Source of the DNA: Bacteroidales bacterium
GTDB lineage: Bacteria > Bacteroidota > Bacteroidia > Bacteroidales > UBA7960
NCBI GenBank assembly: GCA_003559735.1
Contig: PWKN01000072.1
Location: 18,382-82,381 of the forward strand
Length of the DNA stretch: 64,000 bases
Reading direction: 5' to 3'
This document shows positions 1 to 9,700 of this stretch, piece by piece. Both the position numbers and the translations under genes were made by a program. The notes below the pieces were generated by a model. It did no database searches, was not told the DNA's origin, and saw nothing but the letters and a program-made list of their open reading frames with translations. Each line of letters starts with the position of its first letter. The first letter of the stretch is position 1.

Positions 1-902
1 TCAACATCACCAAGCGGCATGGTTTCAATATCAGCTATTTCCACCTCAAAATCACCCGAACTCATAATGCCGTCCCTGATGGCTTCAGCCATTTTCCCGG
101 TGTTATGATACGCCGACACATAAGGAATGAACACATGATTGTCCTGCAGTGTTTGCAAAGCATTCCGTGCATACTCCTCAGACTTGCCGACCCATTTCTT
201 CCAGTCGTGTGTCAGCAGGGGACCATGGCCTGTGAGGACAGCGTTGATCTCAAGGGGACGGATCTTTTCGATGGCCTTCAGCATAAACTTACTGAATGGC
301 TTGAGAATCACATCAAAATAATAGGTAAAGGCTTCACTGAAATCGCCCACCTTATTGTCAAACATATCGGGGTGCGCATAATGACATCCGAAAGAATCAC
401 AGGTAAAAAGAAGCTTATCCTCTTCCATGTAAGTGTACATACTATCGGGCCAGTGCAGGTTGGGGGCTGATATGAACCGCAGTGTCTTGTTGCCAAGATC
501 AAGGGTGTCACCGTCTTTTACGATTAAATGGTTGAAATCCCTTCCGAGGAAGTCTTTCAGGTATTGTATGGCAAGACGGCTTGCCACCACCGTTGCACCG
601 GGAGCAAGATCCAGCAGGTTTGACAGGTTTCCGCTATGGTCAGGCTCGGTATGATTGAGTATGATATATTTCAGTTCAGAAGGATCACCTGCCTGTCTCA
701 GCTTATCCAGGTAAACATCCCAGAACTTTTCCTTACTTGTCTCTACCAGTGCTGTTTTTTCCGCATTTATGAAATAGGAATTATAGGTGGTGCCATATTT
801 TGTCTCCATCACCACGTCGAAAGTGACGATATCATAATCAATCACACCAACCCATTTTACGTCATTTGTGATTTCCAGCACTTTTGTATCTGGTCTTTTC
901 AT
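1..902 (-). CDS. flavodiiron protein (FprA / rubredoxin:oxygen oxidoreductase family); C-terminus runs off the window start
   Basis: The minus-strand frame is open from ATG (900-902) to the window edge, and is absent from the ORF track because it has no stop in the window. My translation [24 protein letters not shown]...[12 protein letters not shown]...[19 protein letters not shown] shows a metallo-beta-lactamase-like domain with the HxExDH diiron motif, followed by the start of a flavodoxin-like domain. Confidence 0.8.
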   Translation of the reverse strand, partial: MKRPDTKVLEITNDVKWVGVIDYDIVTFDVVMETKYGTTYNSYFINAEKTALVETSKEKFWDVYLDKLRQAGDPSELKYIILNHTEPDHSGNLSNLLDLAPGATVVASRLAIQYLKDFLGRDFNHLIVKDGDTLDLGNKTLRFISAPNLHWPDSMYTYMEEDKLLFTCDSFGCHYAHPDMFDNKVGDFSEAFTYYFDVILKPFSKFMLKAIEKIRPLEINAVLTGHGPLLTHDWKKWVGKSEEYARNALQTLQDNHVFIPYVSAYHNTGKMAEAIRDGIMSSGDFEVEIADIETMPLGDV

Positions 903-924
903 CTGTTTATGATTTTGCTTTTTC

Positions 925-2010
925 TTATTTCTTTCTTTTAGAAAAATGTTTTGAGTCGCCCCATTCACCATAGCCAATTTCACTGCCCGCCATTTTAATC
1001 CTGACTTCCAGGCAGCGTTTGCACTTTTCAGCGTCCTCGTCTGTACAGGGTTTGTCTTCATAAAGCAGGTAGTCATCCCTGTACCGCACCGGGGTGAGAT
1101 TTGGCATTATGATGTTGGCCCCTGCCTGTAATGATTTTTCCCTTCCATTGGGGTCTATGGCCTGCATGGCGGTGGTTGCGGCGATATTTATGTCTTTCAT
1201 GAGGATACGCAGCACAGCCACCATCTTCAAACTCAGCCAAAATCTTTCCATTTTGGGCATCAGCTGCTCCTTATACCTGTACATCGGGGTGTCTTTGTGT
1301 TCAATGTATGGCCCCATGCCCACCATATCAATGTCGTGCGCACGGAAAAAAAGCAGATCGTCGGCAAGGTCTTCCGTTGTTTGAAAGGGCAATCCGATCA
1401 TCACACCAGACCCCACCTGGTAGCCAACTTTCCTGAGCAGAAACAGTGCATTGAGCCTTGCTTGGTAATCATGCAACTGATTGTCCGGATGGTATTTGTG
1501 ATACAATGCGGGATTTGACACTTCAATACGGAGCAGGTATCTGTGTGCCCCGGCTTCAAACCAACGGCGATAAGTATCTTCACTTTGTTCGCCAAGCGAC
1601 AGAGTGATGCCGAGTTCCCCATTGCTCATCTGTTTTATTTGTCTGAGAAGTTGTTCAACACGACGAACATACTCCTTGCCGCTCCGCTCCCCTGCCTGGA
1701 TCACCACACTGCCAAAACGGTTTTCCCAGGCATATCGCGCCGCCTCAAGTACTTCTTCGCCCGTTAATTCATAACGTCCCGTATTCTTATTCCCTGTGCG
1801 GATACCACAATAAAGACAATTTTTTGCACACAGGTTGGAAAACTCTATCAGTCCACGGTAATACACTTTATTACCAACATAATGATCCTTTACCTCCGCT
1901 GCTTTGTCAATAAGGAGTTTGCGTTCGGCACCCTCGGTTTTCAGCAAAGCAACCAGATCCTGCCTTGACCATTCTTCCTTCGCCAATATGCTTTTGATGT
2001 CTTCTTTCAT
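925..2010 (-). CDS. hydE: [FeFe]-hydrogenase H-cluster radical SAM maturase HydE
   Basis: 361-aa ORF with a radical-SAM CxxxCxxC motif ([11 protein letters not shown]). It has BioB/HydE-like length and lies directly downstream of hydF on the same strand. Confidence 0.75.
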   Translation of the reverse strand: MKEDIKSILAKEEWSRQDLVALLKTEGAERKLLIDKAAEVKDHYVGNKVYYRGLIEFSNLCAKNCLYCGIRTGNKNTGRYELTGEEVLEAARYAWENRFGSVVIQAGERSGKEYVRRVEQLLRQIKQMSNGELGITLSLGEQSEDTYRRWFEAGAHRYLLRIEVSNPALYHKYHPDNQLHDYQARLNALFLLRKVGYQVGSGVMIGLPFQTTEDLADDLLFFRAHDIDMVGMGPYIEHKDTPMYRYKEQLMPKMERFWLSLKMVAVLRILMKDINIAATTAMQAIDPNGREKSLQAGANIIMPNLTPVRYRDDYLLYEDKPCTDEDAEKCKRCLEVRIKMAGSEIGYGEWGDSKHFSKRKK

Positions 2011-2100
2011 CGTTTTTTATAAAAGGCCTGTATACCCCACATCAGCTAATGCCGTTCACAAATTAAAACATCTTGCGCAGCGATCATATTGCATGCCTGG

Positions 2101-3333
2101 CTACAAATAATCCGCTGCATGCTGATCAAGTGTTGTGAACGGTGCCACTGCCCTGTTATATATTCCATGCATCCATGCAATGGCCATCCCATAATTCGTT
2201 ACCGGCACGCCAGCTTCTATTGCACCCGCCAGCCGGTTTTTTAATTGTTTTTGTGTGATCATGCACCCGCCACATTGTACCACCAGGGCATATTCCTTTA
2301 CCGGTAATGGAAGCGCCCCCAGTCCGGCAACAACATCATAATGAAGCTTTTTGCCGGTAAAGTTACTCATCCATCGTGGTATTTTCACCCTTCCAATGTC
2401 ATCACAGGCAACGTGGTGGCTGCATGACTCCAATAATAAAACACGATCGCCGTCTTTTAGTTCAGAGATTTTTGGTGTACCCCGGAGATAATTTTCAAAG
2501 TCGCCTTTATGCCTTGCCAGCACAATGCTGAAGCTGGTCAGTGGAATGTCTTCAGGCACAGAGGCACCGGCCCGAAGGAAAACCTGTGAATCGGTTATCA
2601 CCAGGCTTGGTGTGGGTTGCAAGGTTTTCATCAGCGCGTCCAGTTCTTTTTCCTTAACCACCACAGCGATACAGTCGTTGTCGATAATATCGCGAATGGC
2701 CTGCACTTGTGGCAAAATCAATCGTCCCTCAGGCGCTTCATTATCGATGGGAGTGACCAGCAATACCAGGTTGCCGTATTCAAGCAGGTCACCAAGCAAT
2801 GAACGTGAACGGTAGGCAGTTTCGGGCATTGCATGGCGCAATGCTGCAATGGCATCCTCCAGGTTCTCTGGTTTAAGCGCACAGAAAGGGAGCACGGCGG
2901 CTGCCCGGGAGGTTTTTTCAATCTGGTTCTTCAGTTCGCTGTTTAAGGGTTCCACATCCGATTTGTTGTGAAATACCACGAAGGGTACATCATATTTTTT
3001 AAAGGCCTCCGCAAGTTTCTTTTCAGGCTCTTCAAAAACATTCCCGGTGATCACCAACACGGCAAGATCGACAGTCTGAAGGGCTGCGAGGGACTTCCCC
3101 ACCCTTTTCTGGCCAAGTACACCGGTATCGTCGATGCCGGCCGTATCTACCAGTATGGCCGGACCAATACCGGGGATCTCCATCGATTTTCGCACCGGAT
3201 CGGTGGTGGTGCCAGGCACATCAGAAACAATGGCAATCTCCTGCCGTGCAAGTGCATTGATCAACGAACTCTTTCCGTTATTGCGCCGTCCGAAGATCCC
3301 GATATGTGGTTTTGATTCTCTTCCTTTACCCAT
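2101..3333 (-). CDS. hydF: [FeFe]-hydrogenase H-cluster maturation GTPase HydF
   Basis: 410 aa. The N-terminal GTPase has a P-loop GRRNNGKSSLINAL and DTAG. The C-terminal cluster-binding motif is C304-S-H306...Q353-C354-G-G-C357. Confidence 0.85.
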   Translation of the reverse strand: MGKGRESKPHIGIFGRRNNGKSSLINALARQEIAIVSDVPGTTTDPVRKSMEIPGIGPAILVDTAGIDDTGVLGQKRVGKSLAALQTVDLAVLVITGNVFEEPEKKLAEAFKKYDVPFVVFHNKSDVEPLNSELKNQIEKTSRAAAVLPFCALKPENLEDAIAALRHAMPETAYRSRSLLGDLLEYGNLVLLVTPIDNEAPEGRLILPQVQAIRDIIDNDCIAVVVKEKELDALMKTLQPTPSLVITDSQVFLRAGASVPEDIPLTSFSIVLARHKGDFENYLRGTPKISELKDGDRVLLLESCSHHVACDDIGRVKIPRWMSNFTGKKLHYDVVAGLGALPLPVKEYALVVQCGGCMITQKQLKNRLAGAIEAGVPVTNYGMAIAWMHGIYNRAVAPFTTLDQHAADYL

Positions 3334-3360
3334 TACCAGTCACAATAAAAATTTTTTTTA

Positions 3361-3368
3361 CAAAGATA
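3361..3368 (-). promoter_or_regulatory. candidate Bacteroidota -7 promoter box (TATCTTTG on minus strand) for hydF
   Basis: The plus strand reads CAAAGATA 28 nt upstream of the hydF ATG. This matches the TAnnTTTG consensus described for Bacteroidetes sigma-A promoters. Confidence 0.45.
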
Positions 3369-3467
3369 GGAATTTGGAATGAGGCCCGATTTGAAAACAG
3401 GTCAGGACTGATCGCATTTTTTTCTTAACTTTCACCAAAATTTTATGAACCCTGATTCCTTGAAGCC

Positions 3468-3662
3468 ATGAACAAAGAAAATCCTGTTGTATGCACCTGC
3501 AATGACATCACTCAAAGCGAGATCGAGGCAGCCATTCGCGACAAAAACCTGAAAACCATTGAAGAAGTTGGTGATGCGACCACTGCCGGTACAGTATGCG
3601 GAGGGTGTGTGGATGAGATCTACCTGCTGCTGGAAAAGATCAATGGCAAGGTGGACTTATGA
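3468..3662 (+). CDS. BFD-like (2Fe-2S)-binding domain protein
   Basis: 64 aa with the CxC...CGGC pattern (VCTCNDIT...TTAGTVCGGC) typical of bacterioferritin-associated-ferredoxin-like domains. It is divergent from hydF. Confidence 0.75.
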   Translation: MNKENPVVCTCNDITQSEIEAAIRDKNLKTIEEVGDATTAGTVCGGCVDEIYLLLEKINGKVDL

Positions 3663-3774
3663 TTATGGGGTGGGATGATCATTTATCCGGACAGAAAAAA
3701 AATCCTCAGAACATAAAATATGTCATTCAAGTTTTCTAAATTTACATCCCGGTAACGACCCAATCTTCACATTT

Positions 3775-5697
3775 ATGAAATCCACACCATACAAGTTGAT
3801 CATCATGCTGGGTATTCTTATCTCCCCGGCACTCATACAAATCACACCGGCCAGCCCTGTCCACACTGGCCTGCACGCAACGCAACTCAGCGATACGGTT
3901 GCCCTTTCAGCCTTTATGGATGGACTGATACACTCTTACATGTCGGAGCACAAGGCCGCCGCTGCCACCGCAGCAATTGTCCGGGACGGGCAGGTTCTGT
4001 TCAGGCATGCCTACGGTTATGCCAACATTTCCGAAGGCATCCCGGCCAGTCCGGATACCACCTTATTCCGCATAGCCTCCATTTCCAAGCTGTTTACCTG
4101 GCTTGCTGTTTTACAGCAGGTTGAAACAGGGAGGCTCGACCTCGATGCGGATGTGAACCATTACCTCACCAGTTTCAGCATTCCCGATGCGTTTGATGAA
4201 CCGGTAACTTTACGCAGCCTTATGTCGCACACCCCGGGCTTTGAAGACATTCTCCTGCGCCTGTTCACCAGGAAAGGAGACCCTGTTCCATCCCTTGAGG
4301 AGATTTTCTCTGAGCAGATGCCTGAAAGAGTTGCTCCTCCAATGCAGGTGGCTTCTTACAGCAACCATGGTACCGGACTGGCACAATATCTTGTGGAAAA
4401 AGTCAGCGGAATGACTTTTGAGAAGTATGCGGAAGAACACATTTTTCAGCCCCTCGGTATGCATTTTTCCACTTTCAGGCAACCTGTACCTGACCATTTG
4501 AGAAGACACCTGGCAAACGGATATGCCTGGCGCAACGGGCAGTTTAAGATGCGGGACTTTGAAGTGGTTCCCCTGGGTGGTGCAGGTGGCGCTTCAGCAT
4601 CGGCCAGTGACATGGCAACGTTTATGAAAGCCTTGTTAAACGATACACAACATGGCAATATAACGCTGATGGACTCTGCCACCTATGCCATAATGAAAGA
4701 ACCCGTTCTGGTACATGCCAGTCATATGAATCCAGCACTGCATGGTTTTTTGGACATCAGTCCTGCCCACATCCGCATCATCGGCCACGGTGGCAATACA
4801 TTCCTCTTTCATTCCATGCTGGCGCTGTTTCCGGCGCACGACGCCGGACTGTTTGTTTCGTTCAGTGGCGAAGGTGCTGCAATGGCTCCCACCAAAGTCC
4901 TGGAGCATTTTGTGCGGCGTTATTTCGCTGATCCCGGACCCCCTCCCGTAATAATTCAGCTGGACGATGATTATCTCCAGGGATTCACGGGGAGATACCT
5001 CCCCAACCGGAGGCCCCATTCCGACATCCTTAAAGTCTTCGGACTGATAAATACCGTTCAGATCAGGATGCAGGACAACCAGTTGCTCTATACTGATTTT
5101 ACGGGGAGTCAACACACTTTGCAACCGGTTGACAGCACGACATTCTACATTGAAAAAAACAGCACGTTTGTTGGATTTGACCGCCAGCCAGGAGAAAAGG
5201 CCCAAAAGCTCTACCTGAGCAACTATCCGGTCGTTGCCGCCGAAAGGGCCACCTGGTCAACCACCATCCAATACCACCTTGTGCTGTTGGCACTTACACT
5301 GGCGTGTATTTTTTACATACTGGTCGTATGGCCCTGGCTTTATTACGCGAGAAAACTCTATGACAAAAAGCCCAAGAACCGCAAACCCCTGCCAATATTC
5401 GCCAAAACCATTGCAGGTATAGCATCCTTGTTCCTGCTCATATTTTACTCCATCATGCTGATTGCAGCAAGCGGACCAGAGATCATATTCGGAATCCCGA
5501 CGGGCATTCATATTGCCCTGTTTTTTCCGCTGGCTGCTGTTCCTTTTGTATTTATAATGATCCTCGGAAGCATATACGTATGGATCGTACCCCAGACAAA
5601 GTACCTCAGCAGGGTGTTTTACACGCTGGCAACCATCGTGTTCATAATGGCTGTCTGGCAACTCCATTTCTTTAATATGCTGGGATGGAAGTTCTGA
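3775..5697 (+). CDS. serine hydrolase (class C beta-lactamase/PBP-like family) with a C-terminal multi-pass membrane domain
   Basis: 640 aa with a signal peptide and an S-x-x-K motif (IASISKLFTW). The last ~150 aa contain about 4 hydrophobic helices. Confidence 0.75.
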   Translation: MKSTPYKLIIMLGILISPALIQITPASPVHTGLHATQLSDTVALSAFMDGLIHSYMSEHKAAAATAAIVRDGQVLFRHAYGYANISEGIPASPDTTLFRIASISKLFTWLAVLQQVETGRLDLDADVNHYLTSFSIPDAFDEPVTLRSLMSHTPGFEDILLRLFTRKGDPVPSLEEIFSEQMPERVAPPMQVASYSNHGTGLAQYLVEKVSGMTFEKYAEEHIFQPLGMHFSTFRQPVPDHLRRHLANGYAWRNGQFKMRDFEVVPLGGAGGASASASDMATFMKALLNDTQHGNITLMDSATYAIMKEPVLVHASHMNPALHGFLDISPAHIRIIGHGGNTFLFHSMLALFPAHDAGLFVSFSGEGAAMAPTKVLEHFVRRYFADPGPPPVIIQLDDDYLQGFTGRYLPNRRPHSDILKVFGLINTVQIRMQDNQLLYTDFTGSQHTLQPVDSTTFYIEKNSTFVGFDRQPGEKAQKLYLSNYPVVAAERATWSTTIQYHLVLLALTLACIFYILVVWPWLYYARKLYDKKPKNRKPLPIFAKTIAGIASLFLLIFYSIMLIAASGPEIIFGIPTGIHIALFFPLAAVPFVFIMILGSIYVWIVPQTKYLSRVFYTLATIVFIMAVWQLHFFNMLGWKF

Positions 5698-5784
5698 AAC
5701 ACCATTGAACACTGCCGGGAGCGATAAAACAACAAAATGAGATGGATGGGATGCCACCATCACCGCGCGACCGGCAAAACAGTG

Positions 5785-6744
5785 TCAGAAATCGGGACAC
5801 CTGATGATCCTCTGACGGTATCTTTGTTGTGGTGACATAAATTCGAATGTCAGACTGATCTCGTGTGCCGCATGAAATGCATCAGAATATCCCGACAGCG
5901 AATGGTCGTAGCTATATCCTATCCTGTAATTATTAAAACGCAGTCCGACAAGAAAGATCAGCGTATTGGGATTATCCAGGTCGTGCCTGAACCAAGCACC
6001 AGCCATTATTGATTCGACACCCCCGTACAGGCCGAGATTGACCCGGGTAAACGCACCCTGTTGCTGGTAGATTATATTGGGAGAAATAAAGTAGTCGAAA
6101 GGCAGTGTGTTGGCCCTTCTTTGCTTTGCGGGTTCCAGGTAAAAACCCATATGTGCGGTGAGCTTAAGCTGCAGCTTGTCATCGGTAAAAAAGCTCTCTT
6201 TCGGCTGTGTAAGGTGATAAGCCGATACGCCGCCATAGAACCGGTCGTTATATACCATCACGCCGGCGGCAAAGTTGGCCGACTGGACAGTCTCATGATC
6301 AGGTGGAGGCTGACCCGGATTGGCAAATTCAAGCTTGTCCCAACGCAGATCCTGCCGGTAATAGCCTGCCTGTGCCCCGAAATTGATGAACAGATTGTGC
6401 GCCAGTTGCAAATGGTAGGCATAAATCGCGGCAACATTTTTTTTCATAAGCAGTCCCCCCTGGTTGTCGCTCGTCGCGATCAGTCCGACACCCCCATAAA
6501 GACTGGGTACATACGAATCCAATGAGGCATAAATGGTAGAAAAGCCACCCGTATCGGGAAAAGGGTGGTTGCGATAGTTCAGAGTCAGCCGCGACCCGTC
6601 AGATGTGCCGGCAAAGGCCGGATTCAGGTAGAGTGATGATGCGTAGAACTGGGAAAAAACCGCATCCTGGGCCGTAAGCGCCTTGGAGCACATCAATGCC
6701 AGGAAAAGAAACAGGAAACAGCGTCGTTGTATTTGTTTTTTCAT
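5785..6744 (-). CDS. PorP/SprF family type IX secretion system membrane protein
   Basis: 319 aa with a signal peptide followed by QDAVFSQFYASSLYLNPAFAG, the family-typical N-terminus. It has beta-barrel character and starts 11 nt after the stop of the type-B cargo gene. Confidence 0.85.
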   Translation of the reverse strand: MKKQIQRRCFLFLFLALMCSKALTAQDAVFSQFYASSLYLNPAFAGTSDGSRLTLNYRNHPFPDTGGFSTIYASLDSYVPSLYGGVGLIATSDNQGGLLMKKNVAAIYAYHLQLAHNLFINFGAQAGYYRQDLRWDKLEFANPGQPPPDHETVQSANFAAGVMVYNDRFYGGVSAYHLTQPKESFFTDDKLQLKLTAHMGFYLEPAKQRRANTLPFDYFISPNIIYQQQGAFTRVNLGLYGGVESIMAGAWFRHDLDNPNTLIFLVGLRFNNYRIGYSYDHSLSGYSDAFHAAHEISLTFEFMSPQQRYRQRIIRCPDF

Positions 6745-6755
6745 TTTATGTATGT

Positions 6756-9700
6756 TTATCTTATAAGCAATACAATACCAAACAGTTGCCGATCCTCGCC
6801 CTGATCAAAGCCATATTGTATCCTGTAGGTATAACTTCCCTGCGGAGCCTCTGCATTATTGATCCTCCCATCCCATCCGGTGTCCACATCATTTGTGAAG
6901 AAAATTTCTTCCCCCCACCTGTTAAACACTGACATTGAGTAGCTGACCGGATTTTCGTCAAAAACCGGCATAAAAACCTGATTTTCACCTAATCCGGAGG
7001 GGACAAAGGCATTGGGTACAAATACGGTTCTGTCAATATCGTCGGTAGCAAAAACAATGACATCTCCAAACCCTGTACCTGCATCGCTGGTTGCTGAAGC
7101 GACCACATAGTAATGGGTTTGGGGGATCAGGTCGTGCAGTTCAATTTCGAACGTTCCCAGTCCATCTCCCATTGAAATCCATTGACCAGATTCTGCCGGA
7201 TCATCATCCGTACCCCAGTACAGTCCCCGTTCTGTTACCGGACTGTTCCCGTCATCAATCACTTCACCACCAATAACAGCCGAGTAAGTGGTAATGTTAC
7301 CGGGTGGTGCCGTGATGACCACCGGAGGGTAGGACAGCGTGGTGAATTCCTTTGTCTCGCCCAGGGAAGTCCCTTCACTGTTGGTGGCATAAGCCACCAC
7401 ATGGTACAGTGTGTTCGCCTCCAGGTCCTCCAGTATTGTTTCAAACATTCCCGTCCCGTTACCCACAGGGATCTCTGTTCCGGTTTCTGCCGGATCCGGA
7501 CCGGTACCCCAGAAAATTCCCCTGCCGGTGATGTCTGCACCCCCATCCGATACGACCTCGCCGCCAACAAGGGCCGATGAGGCAGTGACCGATGACGGGA
7601 TGGACGTCTCCACGGCAGGAACATCAGTCAGGGTGGTAAATGGCTCTGCAGCTCCGAAGGATGTACCCGCCTGGTTGGTGGCATAGGCCATCACATAATA
7701 GGTGGTGTTGGGATCTAGGTCCGAGAGCTCTGTGCTGAATGTACCCGTGCCCGTGCCAAGGGCAACCTCCTCACCGTCTGCTGGCAGGTCGTGTCCGGTC
7801 GTACCCCAGTAAATTCCACGTCCGGTGACCTCTGAAGCCCCATCCGATACGACCTCTCCACCAACAAGGGCAGATGACAGGGTAATTCCATCCGGCAAAG
7901 CAGTTTCTACAACGGCATTGCCATACACCAGCACCTCGGCATATGCTTCACATCTGTACCTGTTGGTTACCACCACCCAGTAAAGCCCATGTTCACTTAC
8001 CGTTATTGTTTGTACAGTGTCGCCCGTTGACCATAAGTAGGAATATTCTTCACCTGCCCCGGCGTCCAGGATGACCGCTCCACCCGGCTCAAGAAACCTG
8101 TCCGCACCAAGGTCAGCCTCAGGGAACGGCGGACTGATCAGTTCGATGGTGTCGCTGATGGAACAGAAATCTGCATAAAACACATCGACGGTGTATATTC
8201 CAAAATCCTCAACCACCAGCTCGGGGCCGGCGCTGCCATCTCCCCAGAAAAAGCTGGTGCCGGGATTCGGATTGAACACCTCCGTGGTGATGGTGTAGGG
8301 CATCTCATCACAATCGAGTGTCCGCGCCGGACCAAATCCAAAAATATAATCGCCGGGCGTTGCATCAAAATCCCAGCCATCAGTATTTCTCCTCGGCGTA
8401 GCATTGGCGGTCCCAAGAAATGAAGCCCCACCTGAGGCAATCATGTTGTCGATCGTGATGTAATCGACCAGGATGGTGTCTGCCTCCAGTTTTACGATCT
8501 CAGCCGGTGTTTCAGAAGTTGACCTTAAATGGGTAATAAAACACGGATTGCCGCTGGCCGTAAGCTGTCCGTTTATGGTTTGTTTTTGGCCCGATTCCAG
8601 CTGATTATTGCTGCCGGCAGCAAATGATAGGTTGTTGTAGGTGTTGCTGCCTCCTATAATGGCATTATATTGAAAGGAAACATCATTGAACGTGGTATTG
8701 TGGCCAACTAACCTGGCACTATGACCTTCGTCCCTGGTAAAATGGACATCATGTAAAACACGATCTGGTTTGTCGCGGATCTCCAATGTCCCCCAATGAC
8801 CATTAAGGTTGATTGTTGATTGTCCTGCCGCTACAGAACCTGTCCCTCTAAGTCGAAGCGACCCAATAACATCGACGGTTGTACCGGTCAGATCCAGTGT
8901 ATAATTACTAATCCCAAACTGAATGATGCCGCTGGAATGAATTTGTGAATTATTGGCCAGAAGGGCCCTTACAGCAGTGTAGAATGACGACAGGTTTCTA
9001 AAAGTCAGTTTGTTTTCATTGGTGTTCAATGTGCCCCCCAGCAGTTCAATATTTCTGTCACCAACAGAGAGATCGTCCACCATCCTCCATTCATTCCCTG
9101 CCCCCCTGAAGCTGACAAACCCCCTCAGCCCTCCCTCCGCATTCCAGTCACCGGCAGCCAGTTCCTGTCCCCTGGTCTCTATGGTATTCTCTTCCCCTGC
9201 AGTTCCATAAAAGTTCCATTGAAAATAAGGCGTTGACAGGTCCACCTCCATCGCCTCCTGCATCTGTAGCGATCCGAATATGTTCATCCTCTGATGTTCC
9301 TTCCCCAGAAGCAGCGGATTGCCGGGGGCATCCTCCCAGGTCATGTTGTTGCAGAATGCCTGGGAAGTGATCTCTACGGTATTGTCCCCATCTTCAAAAC
9401 CCGACACTACATCAAAAACCACGTCATCTGCGGCAGTAGGCACACAGTTGGCCGTTACACCACCGGAACTATGTGACCAGTGGTTCCCAACTCCCCATTC
9501 ACCACTCCCGCCGATCCAATATAGAGTCTGGGATTCCGGCGGAGTGATGACCCACCCATCAGTGTTTCCAAGGTCAATGGATCCATCAGCAACAAAGCCA
9601 GCATCCCCTTCCCCGTGGATATCCTGCAAGGCAATGTTCGCACAGCTGATGGTGCCATCGGACTTAACCAGTATTGCTGCCTCTCCCTCATCCATGCTGG

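Noticed and set aside
105-941. Several 60-120-aa plus-strand ORFs at the window start
   Set aside because: All overlap the open minus-strand frame that translates into a clear flavodiiron protein.
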